The position numbers were made by a program, and so were the translations under genes. Shown here piece after piece: positions 15,471 to 27,643 of a stretch of DNA of 64,000 nucleotides; the first letter of the stretch is position 1; every line of letters begins with the position of its first letter. Source of the stretch: Eledone cirrhosa (lineage: Eukaryota); contig OZ024741.1 in NCBI GenBank assembly GCA_964016885.1, positions 287,494,001 to 287,558,000 of the forward strand, given 5' to 3'. The notes under the pieces were generated by a model, which saw only the letters and a program-made list of their open reading frames with translations, was not told where the DNA came from and did not search any database.

Positions 15471-15679
15471 TGTATGTGTGTGTGTGTGTGCTTGTGTATG
15501 CGTGTAAATGTGTACAATTTTCCCCCAGTCACTTCGTGACCAAATATATCATAAAACATTGATGTGCAGCTCTCCTTAAAGAGAGATCATTATTAAAAAC
15601 TTGTCTGTCATATAAGTTTACTACAGTTATTTTTCTCCGAGATATTACTGCAATTGTTAGTCATTATTGCATCGCTCCA

Positions 15680-15845
15680 AGGGCGGTGGATTGGCAGTAT
15701 CAGCATAGTTACGTCCCTTTACGATCTGAGTTCAAATCCCGCCGAGGTTGACTTTGCCTTTCATCCTTACGGGGTCGATGAAATAAAGTACCAGTGATGC
15801 ACTGGGTAATTGCTGGCCTTGTGCCTAAAGTAGAGACAGTTATTG
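15680..15845 (+). mobile_element. tRNA-headed SINE (MetaSINE-like), internally deleted
   Basis: GAGTTCAAATCC B-box; GACTTTGCCTTTCATCCTTACGGGGTCGATGAAATAAAGTACCAG core; matches 52267-52449. Confidence 0.75.
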
Positions 15846-16171
15846 CATCGCTCGTTGTATTTCATACTGTTTGCTTCAACGTTTCGCTCAACTATGACAC
15901 ATTTTCAAGTTTTGAAGATTTTATATTGCTATATGTTTTAGTTTAGAGATGTTTTTAAAAATATTTGTTGCTTCTGTTCTTATTATATTCTTTCTTATTT
16001 TCATCACATTTTAATAAAAAATATGGTTAAGTGTGGTTGGCAGGGTTGGTAGAGCGCCAAAAGGTTATCATTACAATATTTGTTCTAGCTCGTTACATTC
16101 TGACTTAAACTCCTGCCGCATTCAACTTTTCATTCATCCAATTTCGATAAAATAAATTTCTAGACAAGTAC

Positions 16172-17924
16172 GGGTATGGTATGGTATGGTATGGTATGGT
16201 ATGGTATGGTACGGTACGGTACGGTACGGTACGGTATGGTATGGTATGGTATGGTATGGTATGGTACGGTACGGTACGGTATGGTATGGTATGGTATGGT
16301 ATGGTATGGTATGGTACGGTATGGTACGGTATGGTATGGTATGGTATGGTATGGCATGGTATGGTACGGTATGGTACGGTATGGTATGGTATGGTATGGT
16401 ATGGTATGGTACGGTACGGTACGGTATGGTATGGTATGGTATGGTATGGTACGGTATGGTATGGTATGGTATGGTATGGTACGGTATGGTATGGTATGGT
16501 ATGGTATGGTACGGTACGGTACGGTATGGTATGGTATGGTATGGTATGGTATGGTACGGTACGGTATGGTATGGTATGGTACGGTACGGTATGGTATGGT
16601 ATGGTATGGTACGGTACGGTATGGTATGGTATGGTACGGTATGGTATGGTATGGTATGGTATGGTACGGTATGGTATGGTATGGTATGGTATGGTATGGT
16701 ATGGTACGGTATGGTATGGTACGGTATGGTACGGTATGGTATGGTATGGTACGGTACGGTACGGTATGGTATGGTATGGTACGGTATGGTATGGTATGGT
16801 ATGGTACGGTACGGTACGGTATGGTATGGTATGGTACGGTATGGTATGGTATGGTATGGTATGGTACGGTATGGTATGGTATGGTATGGTATGGTATGGT
16901 ATGGTACGGTATGGTATGGTATGGTATGGTATGGTATGGTACGGTATGGTATGGTATGGTATGGTATGGTATGGTATGGTACGGTACGGTACGGTATGGT
17001 ATGGTACGGTATGGTATGGTATGGTATGGTATGGTACGGTACGGTATGGTATGGTATGGTACGGTATGGTATGGTATGGTATGGTATGGTATGGTATGGC
17101 ATGGTATGGTACGGTATGGTACGGTACGGTACGGTACGGTATGGTATGGTACGGTACGGTATGGTATGGCATGGTATGGTACGGTATGGTACGGTATGGT
17201 ATGGTATGGTATGGTATGGTATGGTATGGTATGGTATGGTATGGTATGGCATGGTATGGTACGGTACGGTACGGTATGGTATGGTATGGTATGGTATGGT
17301 ATGGTACGGTACGGTACGGTATGGTATGGTATGGTACGGTATGGTATGGTATGGTATGGTATGGTATGGTATGGTACGGTACGGTACGGTATGGTATGGT
17401 ATGGTACGGTATGGTATGGTATGGTATGGTATGGTATGGTACGGTACGGTATGGTATGGTATGGTATGGTATGGTATGGTACGGTACGGTACGGTATGGT
17501 ATGGTATGGTATGGTATGGTATGGTATGGTATGGTACGGTACGGTATGGTATGGTATGGTATGGTATGGTATGGTATGGTACGGTATGGTATGGTACGGT
17601 ACGGTATGGTATGGTATGGTATGGTATGGTATGGTATGGTACGGTATGGTATGGTATGGTATGGTATGGTATGGTATGGTATGGTACGGTACGGTACGGT
17701 ATGGTATGGTATGGTATGGTATGGTATGGTACGGTATGGTATGGTACGGTACGGTACGGTATGGTATGGTATGGTACGGTATGGTATGGTATGGTATGGT
17801 ATGGTACGGTATGGTACGGTACGGTATGGTATGGTATGGTATGGTATGGTATGGTATGGTATGTATGGTATGGTATGGTATGGTACGGTATGGTACGGTA
17901 CGGTATGGTATGGTATGGTATGGT
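16172..17924. repeat. Pentanucleotide satellite (TGGTA/CGGTA)n, ~350 units, inside a degraded SINE
   Basis: Seen directly; SINE-like head at 16025-16170. Confidence 0.97.
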
Positions 17925-18074
17925 CCCGTAACTCCTGATAGAATATTGACATACAGCGTTTCTTGGGTATTTTAAGCCTGGCGGAGCTCATCCCTCCCCA
18001 GACCTGAGTACAGCAGATTTCTTCCAGAGAAAATTAGAAAGTTAGAGAGGGGAAATGAGAAAGAGATATAGAGG

Positions 18075-18235
18075 AAGAATTGACACCAGTACAAGACTGG
18101 TACTTTTTTATCAATCTCGAAAGGATGAAAGGTAAAGTTTACCTCGGCGGGATTTGAACAGAGAACAGAGAGCCGAAACGAACACCATAAAGCATTCTGT
18201 CCGACGTTCTAACGACTCTATCAATTCACCTCCTA
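18075..18235 (-). mobile_element. Diverged tRNA-headed SINE
   Basis: CTGGTACTTT..AAGGATGAAAGGTAAAG..CCTCGGCGGGATTTGAAC. Confidence 0.7.
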
Positions 18236-18474
18236 CACTAGACATGTACAGCTGCCTAAATTAGACATCATTAAAAAGATGTGGAATCCTACACTAGACA
18301 TGTACCAGTGATGCACTGGGTATTTATAAAGATGTGGAATCCGAAATGTGATTCTTGAAATTTCTGAATTTTAGACAAAATAATTATTAGTCAAACGCTA
18401 TATGCAAATTGGGCTACTCAGCCGTTAATATGCATAAGGTAAGTATATAGTTCAACAATCTGGCAGGAAGGTAT

Positions 18475-18510
18475 ACGTTGCTGACGATAAGCTTGAAACT
18501 AGTACAGCGT
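18475..18510 (+). ncRNA. Minimal type I hammerhead ribozyme (family H2) in a TA-tailed element (~18450-18720)
   Basis: ACGUUG-CUGACGA-uaagcuu-GAAA-CUAG-UA/CAGCGU. 6-bp stem I, palindromic stem III; stem II is shortened in this copy. Confidence 0.75.
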
Positions 18511-18711
18511 TCCTTTGTCAGTGTTGAACAAACGAGCAACGATGGTTGCTAGACACTACGGCTTAATACAGGATGTTTGTTTACAAACACACCGAGCATT
18601 ATAATAAATGTTCGGTGAATCCATACGTACATATATATATGTGTGCATGTATGTATATATATATATACATACTACTGTGCGTCTCTATACATATATGTAT
18701 GTACGTGTACA

Positions 18712-18748
<37 letters not shown>

Positions 18749-19105
18749 AGAGAGATATCTTTCCGATATAACAACCTATGGTAAAATATGCAATTTTTAA
18801 AGATACCAAGTGATTCTATATTGTACATTACGAAAAACAATAACAGAGCGACTTCTGAATTCTTTTACTTAATTTACCATATAGCAACAATAAGACTTCT
18901 CTAACATAAATTTATTCTTTACAAAGTTTTCATTTGGTTATTTTGTCTTTTCTCGCAAGTTAGAATTAAATGATATCTAGCTCTGTTGTGCTGACAATTT
19001 CTCCGAATTTGTTTACATTGTATTTCTTCTTCTTCTTCTTCTTCTTCTTCTTCTTCTTCTTCTTCTTCTTCTTCTTCTTCTTCTTCTTCTTTGAACTATA
19101 TATAC

Positions 19106-19150
<45 letters not shown>

Positions 19151-19217
19151 TACATATATACATATAAAAATATATATATATATATATACATATATACACA
19201 AATATATATATATATAC

Positions 19218-19339
<122 letters not shown>

Positions 19340-19523
19340 GTAAAGATATGCAACGTATAGAACAACTCAAAGTCCGTAGGGTGAGTTTGAATATAATTAT
19401 TAAGGCCAGTTACTAGATCGGCGCCATACTTGGTATGTACCTTTCGTTCGTAACTAGCCTGAATAATCATATATATGTGTATATATATATATATGAATAT
19501 ATATATATATATATATTTTTTTT

Positions 19524-19578
<55 letters not shown>

Positions 19579-19582
<4 letters not shown>

Positions 19583-19960
19583 ATGTCGGTGAGCATGTCC
19601 AGCCAAACTCAGTCTCCTCTGTGTCACTTTTGAGTTGACTTTTGGGATGCTCCCATACAGCTCTGAGTTTTTCATCCTCAGTGTATACTGATTAATGTTC
19701 AGAGCCATCCTCAGCATTCTCGTGTAGCACCCATCCACCATCTGAGTGAGTTTCTTGGTCAGTGTCCAAGTCTCAGACCCATACAGTACTTTGGGAGCCC
19801 CTACATGGACACACTAGAAGAGGAAGACCAAGGTTAACGTATGTTGATGCCCTAAGGACAGACACTGGTCTGTTGGAGATGCAGGACATGGCAGCGATAA
19901 TGAGGGACAGAGACCGCTGGAGAGAGCTCGTCCATAGATCTCCGGAATTTTACCCGCCTT

Positions 19961-19962
<2 letters not shown>
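19579..19962. mobile_element. RTE-clade 3' fragment with 5' inversion, in (TA)n
   Basis: Minus 19786-19579 reads [34 protein letters not shown]; plus 19778-19962 reads HTVLWEP..GRPRLTYVD..DRDRWR. Confidence 0.8.
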
Positions 19963-20052
<90 letters not shown>

Positions 20053-20089
20053 ATATATATATGCGGTCTAAGATGTCTGTATGTGTGTG

Positions 20090-20425
20090 TGTATGGCAGC
20101 AATGCCATATGGTGAAGTCCTGAAGGTTGTCTTTGGCTACATATGTGGCAGCAATTGCCGTGTGATGGTATGTGTGAATAGAACAGTTCTGAAGGCCTAT
20201 CTTTGGCTATATGTGTGGCAGCAATACCGTATGGTGTGAGGTGTGTGTGTGTGTGGAGAGCATCTGAAGTTAGTTTGTGGCTATATGTGTGGCAGCAATA
20301 CCGTATGGTGTGAGGTGTGTGTGTGTGTGGAGAGCATCTGAAGTTAGTTTGTGGCTATATGTGTGACAGCAATGCTGTATTATGGGAATATGTATGTGGA
20401 GCAGTTCTGAAGGCCTGCCTTTGGC
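20090..20425. repeat. Degenerate tandem repeat, ~60-75-bp unit, ~5 copies
   Basis: Recurrent GTGGCAGCAAT..CTGAAG..TTTGGCTATATGT. Confidence 0.8.
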
Positions 20426-20759
20426 TGCATGCTGCTTTCAAATTAAACTGAACAATGCAAATGAAGCAGAAAGGCACAGAAAAAGGAAACTGGCGTTTAT
20501 TACATTTGTGAAAATGGAGGAGGAGCTGCAATTGGTAGAGTAGTTGTATGTGTCAACGATGATTTATAAATAAATAATTCAAGAATTGATAACTTGACAA
20601 ATTAATGAATTTTCAATATAGTGAATTAGACAATTTGACAAAATACTGAGTTAGTGAAACTGGTGGATAATCAAATCGATGGATTTATAGAAAAATCAAT
20701 AAGGAAAGACCAAAATGAAGGACTAAAATTAGTTATTCAGAATGGGCACGGTAAAGCTT

Positions 20760-20794
<35 letters not shown>

Positions 20795-20796
<2 letters not shown>

Positions 20797-23700
20797 TTTC
20801 TTTATTAACCACAAGGGTTTACATAAAGTAGACATTAAGGACAGTGCAGGACAATGCAGGACGGTACAAATGGACATTTCTGCGTGTAAAAAAACAAAAA
20901 CAGAGGATGTAACAAAAAATAACAATGAAAATAACAATGAAAAATTCCCCGATAGGGGGGAGACTTCGGAGGGACATTTGTGGAGAAAGCCCAGTAAAAA
21001 GCCACAATGACCCTGACCACCAAGGCAAGTGCCCTCTCCCAGTTTTCCACCTTTAATTTACAGATATATAATCAGAGTAGGCCCATTCACTCGGGCCATT
21101 CTTGCTTCTCTCACCCATCTTTCAACAAAATGCTGGGAAGAGAGCACTTCCCTCTCTACTCTCATTTTCCTTTTCAAATGAAATTTGAAAAAGTCAATCA
21201 GAGCATCACCGAAGAGGTAAGTGCTCGTCTTCAGCCCTTTCAAACGTGTCCACCATACTATCTCTTTCACCATGGCCACCAGGCAGATAAAAACTGCCTG
21301 CCCTTCCCGGCTAAAGGAGGAGGGCGGGGCAATCCTCACGATGGACTCAGATGATAGCCGGATCCGTCCTAAACGCGACAGCAGGTGTTCGACATAAACC
21401 CACAAGTCAGCAATTTTCGGACACTGGATGAGTGCGTGCAGGACGGTTTCGTCGCCCTGCGCGCATCTCGGACATGCCCGGCTGACGGCACCTCCATGCC
21501 TGTAGAGTTTATCCCGAACTGGCAAGACTCCTCGGTAGCACTGCCAGGCCAGAGATTTCTGGAAGTTGTCCATAGGCCCCGGCCCGAAAGTTCTTCCGAA
21601 GAGATTGGCTAGTTGATTTTCGTCGTCGCCTAGAGTTTCCCCAAGTACGTCTTCGCTCTTCCTCTCCACTAATCCTCTATAGAACGCCGAGGTGGAGTTT
21701 CCACCGCTCACATTGCCCGATTGGTCGAGGGCTGTGAGCGCCTGAAGACATTCCAGTCTCCAGGCGCTCCCTCTCGGTCTTCGCTTGACCCAGGACTGCA
21801 GCTCCGTCAAGGAAACGAGCTGGGGAAAAACGCGTCTAGCAAACGGCGACCACACCTGATCACCGTCGAGGAAGAGGTGGAGATGTCGTAGCCTGAGCGC
21901 GTGCCTGCGCATCATCAGCCACGGTATGCCCAGCCCTCCACGTAGCGGGTGTTGACAACAGATGGACCGCCTGACCATCGGAGCACGTCCCTTCCACAAA
22001 AAGCGAAAGAGCAAACGCTCCAGCGCAGTCAGGCGAGGCTTAGGACAAGGTACGACGGTTAGGCGGTAGCAGATGACAGACGCGATGTACGCGTTAGCCA
22101 CCTCCGCTCGACCTTTCAGGGATAGCTTCCTCTCCGCCCATTTCTGGGTGAGAGAAGCCACCCTGCTCGTCACCTCGTCCCAGTTTTTGTCCGTCTGGAG
22201 GTCCGGACCGAACCAGACCCCTAGCAATTTAACCGGTCCGTCCGTCCAGCGCCCGACGACGCTGTTGGACGGCATGGACCTGCCTCTCCAGGTGCCGAGC
22301 TGCAGGCCCACTGACTTTTCCTGGTTGATCATTGCTCCTGTCACCGCTTCGTATTCTCTTAGTGTAGTGCCGATCGCCTCGATGTGTTTGGCGCTCGACA
22401 CCACTACGGTGACATCGTCCGCATATGCTGACACTGATCTTCCGCATCCTAGTTCGCGCGGGACTCCCCTCAACGTCTCCAGTTTGTGCAGTAATGGCTC
22501 GAGAGTCAATACCTACAAGAGGGACGAGAGGGGACATCCTTGGCGGACCGAGCGCATGATGTTGAACGGTTCCGACAGGTGACCGTTCACTCTCACCACA
22601 GAGCAGATGTCGCTGTGCATGGCAGCGATCCAGCCTCTGAAGACGGGCCCAAAGCCAGCCGCCCTCAGGACGGCCGCTAGGTAACGATGGTCGACCCTAT
22701 CGAAAGCTTTCGACTGATCTAAATTGATCAAGGACCCACCCGTGCCAGGTTCCTTAGCTACCCTCTCTATGATGTATCGCATGAGGTGGAGGTTGTCGTG
22801 GATGGATCTGTCGGGAATGGCGCATGTCTGCGCCTCTCCCACCAGACCACCAACGACAAGCGCCAACCTCTTTGCTAGCACCTTGGCCAAAATCTTGAAC
22901 TCTGTGTTTAGCAGAGTTATGGGCCGGAAATTATTTATGTTATCCCCCTTGTTCGGATCCTTTCTCAGCAGTGCCACCGCTCCTCGGCTCACAGAACTGG
23001 GAGTTCTCCCGTTCTGTTGCCAGTTGCAGTAGACGTCCGCCAAGAGGCCTCCGAACAAGTCTGGCATCTGTACGTAAAGTTCATAGGGCAGACCATCCAA
23101 ACCATGCGATTTATCCCTTGTGCAGCCAGTCATTGCCTCCCTTACTTCAGCGGCTGTTATCGGCTTTTCGCAACACTTCGCCTCAGTGGCCGAGAGCCGC
23201 GGCAGTCCGTCGAGGTAGACACTAAAGTCCATCCCACTACCCGGCCCACAGCTGCCCCCCGAACAGCTGAGCGAAGTGTCGCTGAAAAGCTTCACACATT
23301 TGCCCGGGATCGAGTAGCATGCGCCCGTCGTGGTCCACCAAAGACCGGATCGTGGCTTTGTTGCCACGACGCGCCTCCGCCACTCGGGCCCATTGAACGG
23401 CTTTCGTCCCCTCGTGTCTGAGAGCACGCACCCTTGCTCTGACAACGCAGCCTTCGTGCTTTGCATTGAAGAATTGGTCAAGGGCCAATTTCGCCGCAAG
23501 CACGTCGGTCGCAATGCCTTTGCTAAGCGCCTCGTCTAATTTTCTAACTAGTTCTCCCTCTGCTCTATTTTTCTCTATTGCTAAAGCCTTACTAAACCTA
23601 ATCGATTCTATTCTAATCGCTCTTTTCAGAGCAAACCACCACTTGTTGTTGACGATGGCCCCCGTCAACGCCCGCTTAACTAGTTCGCTAATCCGGTCTC

Positions 23701-26700
23701 TGTAGGCCTTGCGCGCTGGTAAGGACGCGTTTAGCTTCCAGTAGCCGGGTCCTCGTCTATGAAGCCTATCTAAGTCAAGCACACAGATCACGAATTTGTG
23801 GTCCGTGTAGCTGACTATCTTGAATTGTGGACAGCCTATGCTAGACCTATCTATTTCCCTACAAAATACTCTATCTAGATATGATCTGGATGACCCTATG
23901 CGGTTTGTCCAAGTCCACATTGGCACATTCGGGAAATCCAATCGGTACCTGTCAGACAGTTCAAAACGCCTGAGCAGGTTGGTGAGGCTCTTGCACCCTC
24001 CACCCCTATCCGCTAATCCCACACAGTCCCAGCGTGCATCTAAGATCCCGTTCCAGTCGCCCACTAACACTAAAGAGCGGGACGTTCCAAGAAAGGTCTC
24101 CAGACGCCGGAAGAAATCAGGCCGCCCTGCTCCTGTCGGGGCATAGACGGCCACTAGCCTGAAAGCTTGCCCGTCTCCGCTGGTCACGTCCAGCACCACC
24201 AGCTTACCCTCTGGGTCCAGGAAGATGGCCCGTATGGCGAGATCCAAACCTCTCCGAAAAAGCACAGCAACTCCTCCACCCGATCCAGGACGGCTGGGAG
24301 ATGCGTACACATCGTAGCCGCCGAAGATCGGTGCGAAGGCCCGTGCTTCGGAGATTCTGGTCTCGCTGATGGCCACTACATCTATGTTTAGTGACCTGAG
24401 GTCGTTGAGCAGGTGACCCTGCTTCCATGATGACCCCAAGCCACGCGCATTTATGCTGCCTATTCTGAGTGAGGTCATGTTTAAAATAGAGTGGAAAAGA
24501 TGGGAAAGACCACTTACCGTACTTTTGGTAGAGGAGGGATGGTTTTTACATCCCTTTTCACTTGATCGTCTGGTGAAGGGACCGTTGAATCGTCCCTTCG
24601 GCTGGTCGTCGGCTCTTCTAAGAGAATGTCTGAATATACTTTTCGATTGATGGTTCCTCCTAGGTCCCTGAAATCACCAACTGCGTTGGGGAATTTCGTT
24701 TTAATGTTTGTGTATTGTTTCTGTGCTATTTTTAGCAGTCTTATGTTAGTTGGCGTTTTGATTGGTGCTGGTATTATGTAGTCCTGTTGTGAAATGTCTG
24801 TGTGTTCAATTATGTAAGTCATTAGTTTCTTGTGTGTATTTATTGCCGTGCATTTGTTTTTCTGGGGGTGGGGTGTGGTTCTGCTATTTTCTTGTCGTTG
24901 TTGCTGTGTGTGTATGTTTTGTTGTGTTTGCGATGTTGGTGCTTGTGGTGGTGGTGTTGAAGGTGTTGTTGGCGGTGGGGTTGTCGCCGGTGGTGATGGT
25001 GGTGCTAGTGTGGGTGGTGATGGTGTTGGTGGTGTTGCTGCTGTGGGTCTCTTTGCAGTAGACTTTACCCTTTTCTCATTTCTTTCCTCCCTTTTCAAAG
25101 GCGACGATGCGCTGCTTCTGCGTTTGTGCCTTCTTACGACCTTTTGCCATCCCTCTCCCATCTCACACTCCATGTCTGATTCTGTGAGGTCGGGGAGGGG
25201 TACCAGCTCCACTCTTTCACTTGTTGTTGTTGGTGATGTTTGCACTGGAGTCTCTGTTGCAGCTGCATTTGGTATTGCTGTTGTTGTTGTTAATATTTCC
25301 ACTGCTGCTGCTGTTTTTGATTTCCGTGGCGTGGGTATGGGTGCCACGGACCTATCGTTCCTGGTTGCCGCTTGTCCTGTTGCTGGTAGCCGTGGAGCCG
25401 GATTCGGAAGGAGGGGGGTTTCTCCTTTCTCAGGGTCTTCTCGTTGCAGAAGGCCCTGAGGTGAGTCTTCGATCCACAACGAAAGCATTTCGGGCGTTTG
25501 CCCTCAACACTTATGGGCAGTTGCGTGCCGTTATCGAAGTCTATCACATCCGGGATAGCTTCGATGCACTCCTGGTTGGTTTGGATTAGCATCTCAATGG
25601 AGGTGCCGACCCAATCTTCTCTTACTTTTTTCTGTACTTGCAGTACAGTTGTTTTGTCCTCGATTCCGACGAGGACAGACGCAGCCAGCCAAGAAGGGGT
25701 CATTCCGGGGGGGACGTGGGTCAGTTTGACCCTCACAATTTTTTGCCTGCAGTAGGAGGGCACCAACACCATTTCCTCGCTCCTTAGGGTCACTACGGAT
25801 TGGGCCTTTGCCTCCTGGGGTGTGGCAAAAAGTACGTCTACGGTGGCATATTTTTTGCCTCGGGTGATGTGCGTTTTCCGCTGCCACACAGACCCCAAGG
25901 CTTTTTGTATTTGGGCCTCTGTGGCTCTTTCCACCCTACGGGATTTTGTACTTACTGTACCGTACGTGACCGTACAGTGCTCTTGGGTTTCGAAAAATTT
26001 TTCCGCTGCCTTGCAGATTGCTCGGTGTCCGTTCTTTGTCACCATCTTCTTCGCTTCCTCTAATTCCTCATTTGTTATGAGGATTGTTTCCAAGTTTTTC
26101 GCAATACCTGCAAATGAGATTGGTTTTTCTTTGCTGCTGTTGTTGTCGTCACAGCTTTTGTTGTTGCTGCAGGTACTACGACTACTGCCTTCGCCGCTGT
26201 TGCTGTGGTTGTTGTTGGTGTTGCTGCTGCTAATGCTGTTGTTGTTTATGCTGCTGGTGATGCTGTTGCGGCTGCTACTGTTGTTTTCATTGTCACTGTT
26301 GCTGTTGTTATTACGGCTGCTACTGCTATTATTCCTGACGTCAGACGAATGAACTGGGTTTTCGTATTTCCCGCACACCTGTTTCGTCGCTGTCGTCGTC
26401 GTTGTGGAGAAACCTTGCATGCTTTGCACGAGACTTTTCTTTTCTTTCGTCACTTGCGAAAGAGAAGGGAGGGAGAGAGACACATTTAAAGAAGGGAGGG
26501 AGAGAGACAATCTTCTCTCTGCTGTAGTGACGATTGAGGAAGAAGAAGACGGAATGAGTGGGAGTGACCTATGCAAATTCTTTTTCGTAGCCATGTTGTT
26601 TTTTTTGTTTAAAATAAATATTGGGTACAAACCCCCAATAAGCAGTTATTTAACCCTGAAGGGCCAAATAACGGGCAGAAAGACCCCTCTCACCAGGAGG

Positions 26701-26810
26701 AGGGTGTTTTTGTCTACAAGTTGGTCTAAGTTTTAAACAATTTACAATTGTTAAAGCGTTCAAAATTTACAGTACCTTACAGAGCCGAGCCTCCGTCAAC
26801 CATAGCATTC
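20795..26810 (-). mobile_element. Full-length Tx1/L1-type LINE, copy 1 (disrupted), flanked by (AAT)n
   Basis: Near-identical to copy 2. ORF1 frameshift near 25420, ORF2 frameshift near 23250 and a TAG at 22513-22515. Confidence 0.92.
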
Positions 26811-26835
26811 AATAATAATAATAATAATAATAATA

Positions 26836-27308
26836 AAAATAGATGCAAACAGACCTGATATAATATTGAAAGACTTTCAAAAGAGGGTATGCCTGCTAAT
26901 TGATATGTCTGTTCCAATAGACAAGAATGTATCTATAAAAACATTTGAAAAATTGAGCAAGTATAAGAACCTGGAGATAGAAATTGGAAAAATGTGTAAA
27001 TTGAGAACTAAAACAATACCAGTGGTTGTAGGCGCTCTGGGAATGATACCTAAGGGGTCTAATGATTACATATCGCAAATCCAAGGAAACCCGCGTATAG
27101 GAGAAATACAAAAGATAGTATTAATGGGAACTGCCCATATACTAAGGAAGATTCTGTCAATATAAGTACATCACAAGTCTAAACACTAAAGATGCATGTG
27201 TGAATATGTATGTTCTTTCTTAAACATGGCGGACCTTGTTGTCTCTTGAGGTCACTGGTTGTGACTTGGTGATAACTCGTATGAACATAAAGCAAGATAA
27301 ATGCAACT

Positions 27309-27310
<2 letters not shown>
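26836..27310 (+). mobile_element. R4/Dong-type family C, 3' fragment in (AAT)n
   Basis: KDFQKRVCLLIDMSVP..EKLSKYKNLEIEI..IPVVVGALG..LMGTAHILRKILSI. Confidence 0.85.
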
Positions 27311-27384
<74 letters not shown>

Positions 27385-27643
27385 TTTCTTTATTAACCAC
27401 AAGGGTTTACATAAAGTAGACATTAAGGACAGTGCAGGACAATGCAGGACGGTACAAATGGGCATTTCTGCGTGTAAAAAACAAAAACAGAGGATGTAAC
27501 AAAAATAACAATGAAAATAACAATGAAAAATTCCCCAATAGGGGGGAGACTTCGGAGGGACATTTGTGGAGAAAGCCCAGTAAAAAGCCACAATGACCCT
27601 GACCACCAAGGCAAGTGCCCTCTCCCAGTTTTCCACCTTTAGT

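Noticed and set aside
16105-17991. ~600-aa VWYGM/YHTIP ORFs
   Set aside because: Pentamer satellite open in nearly all frames.
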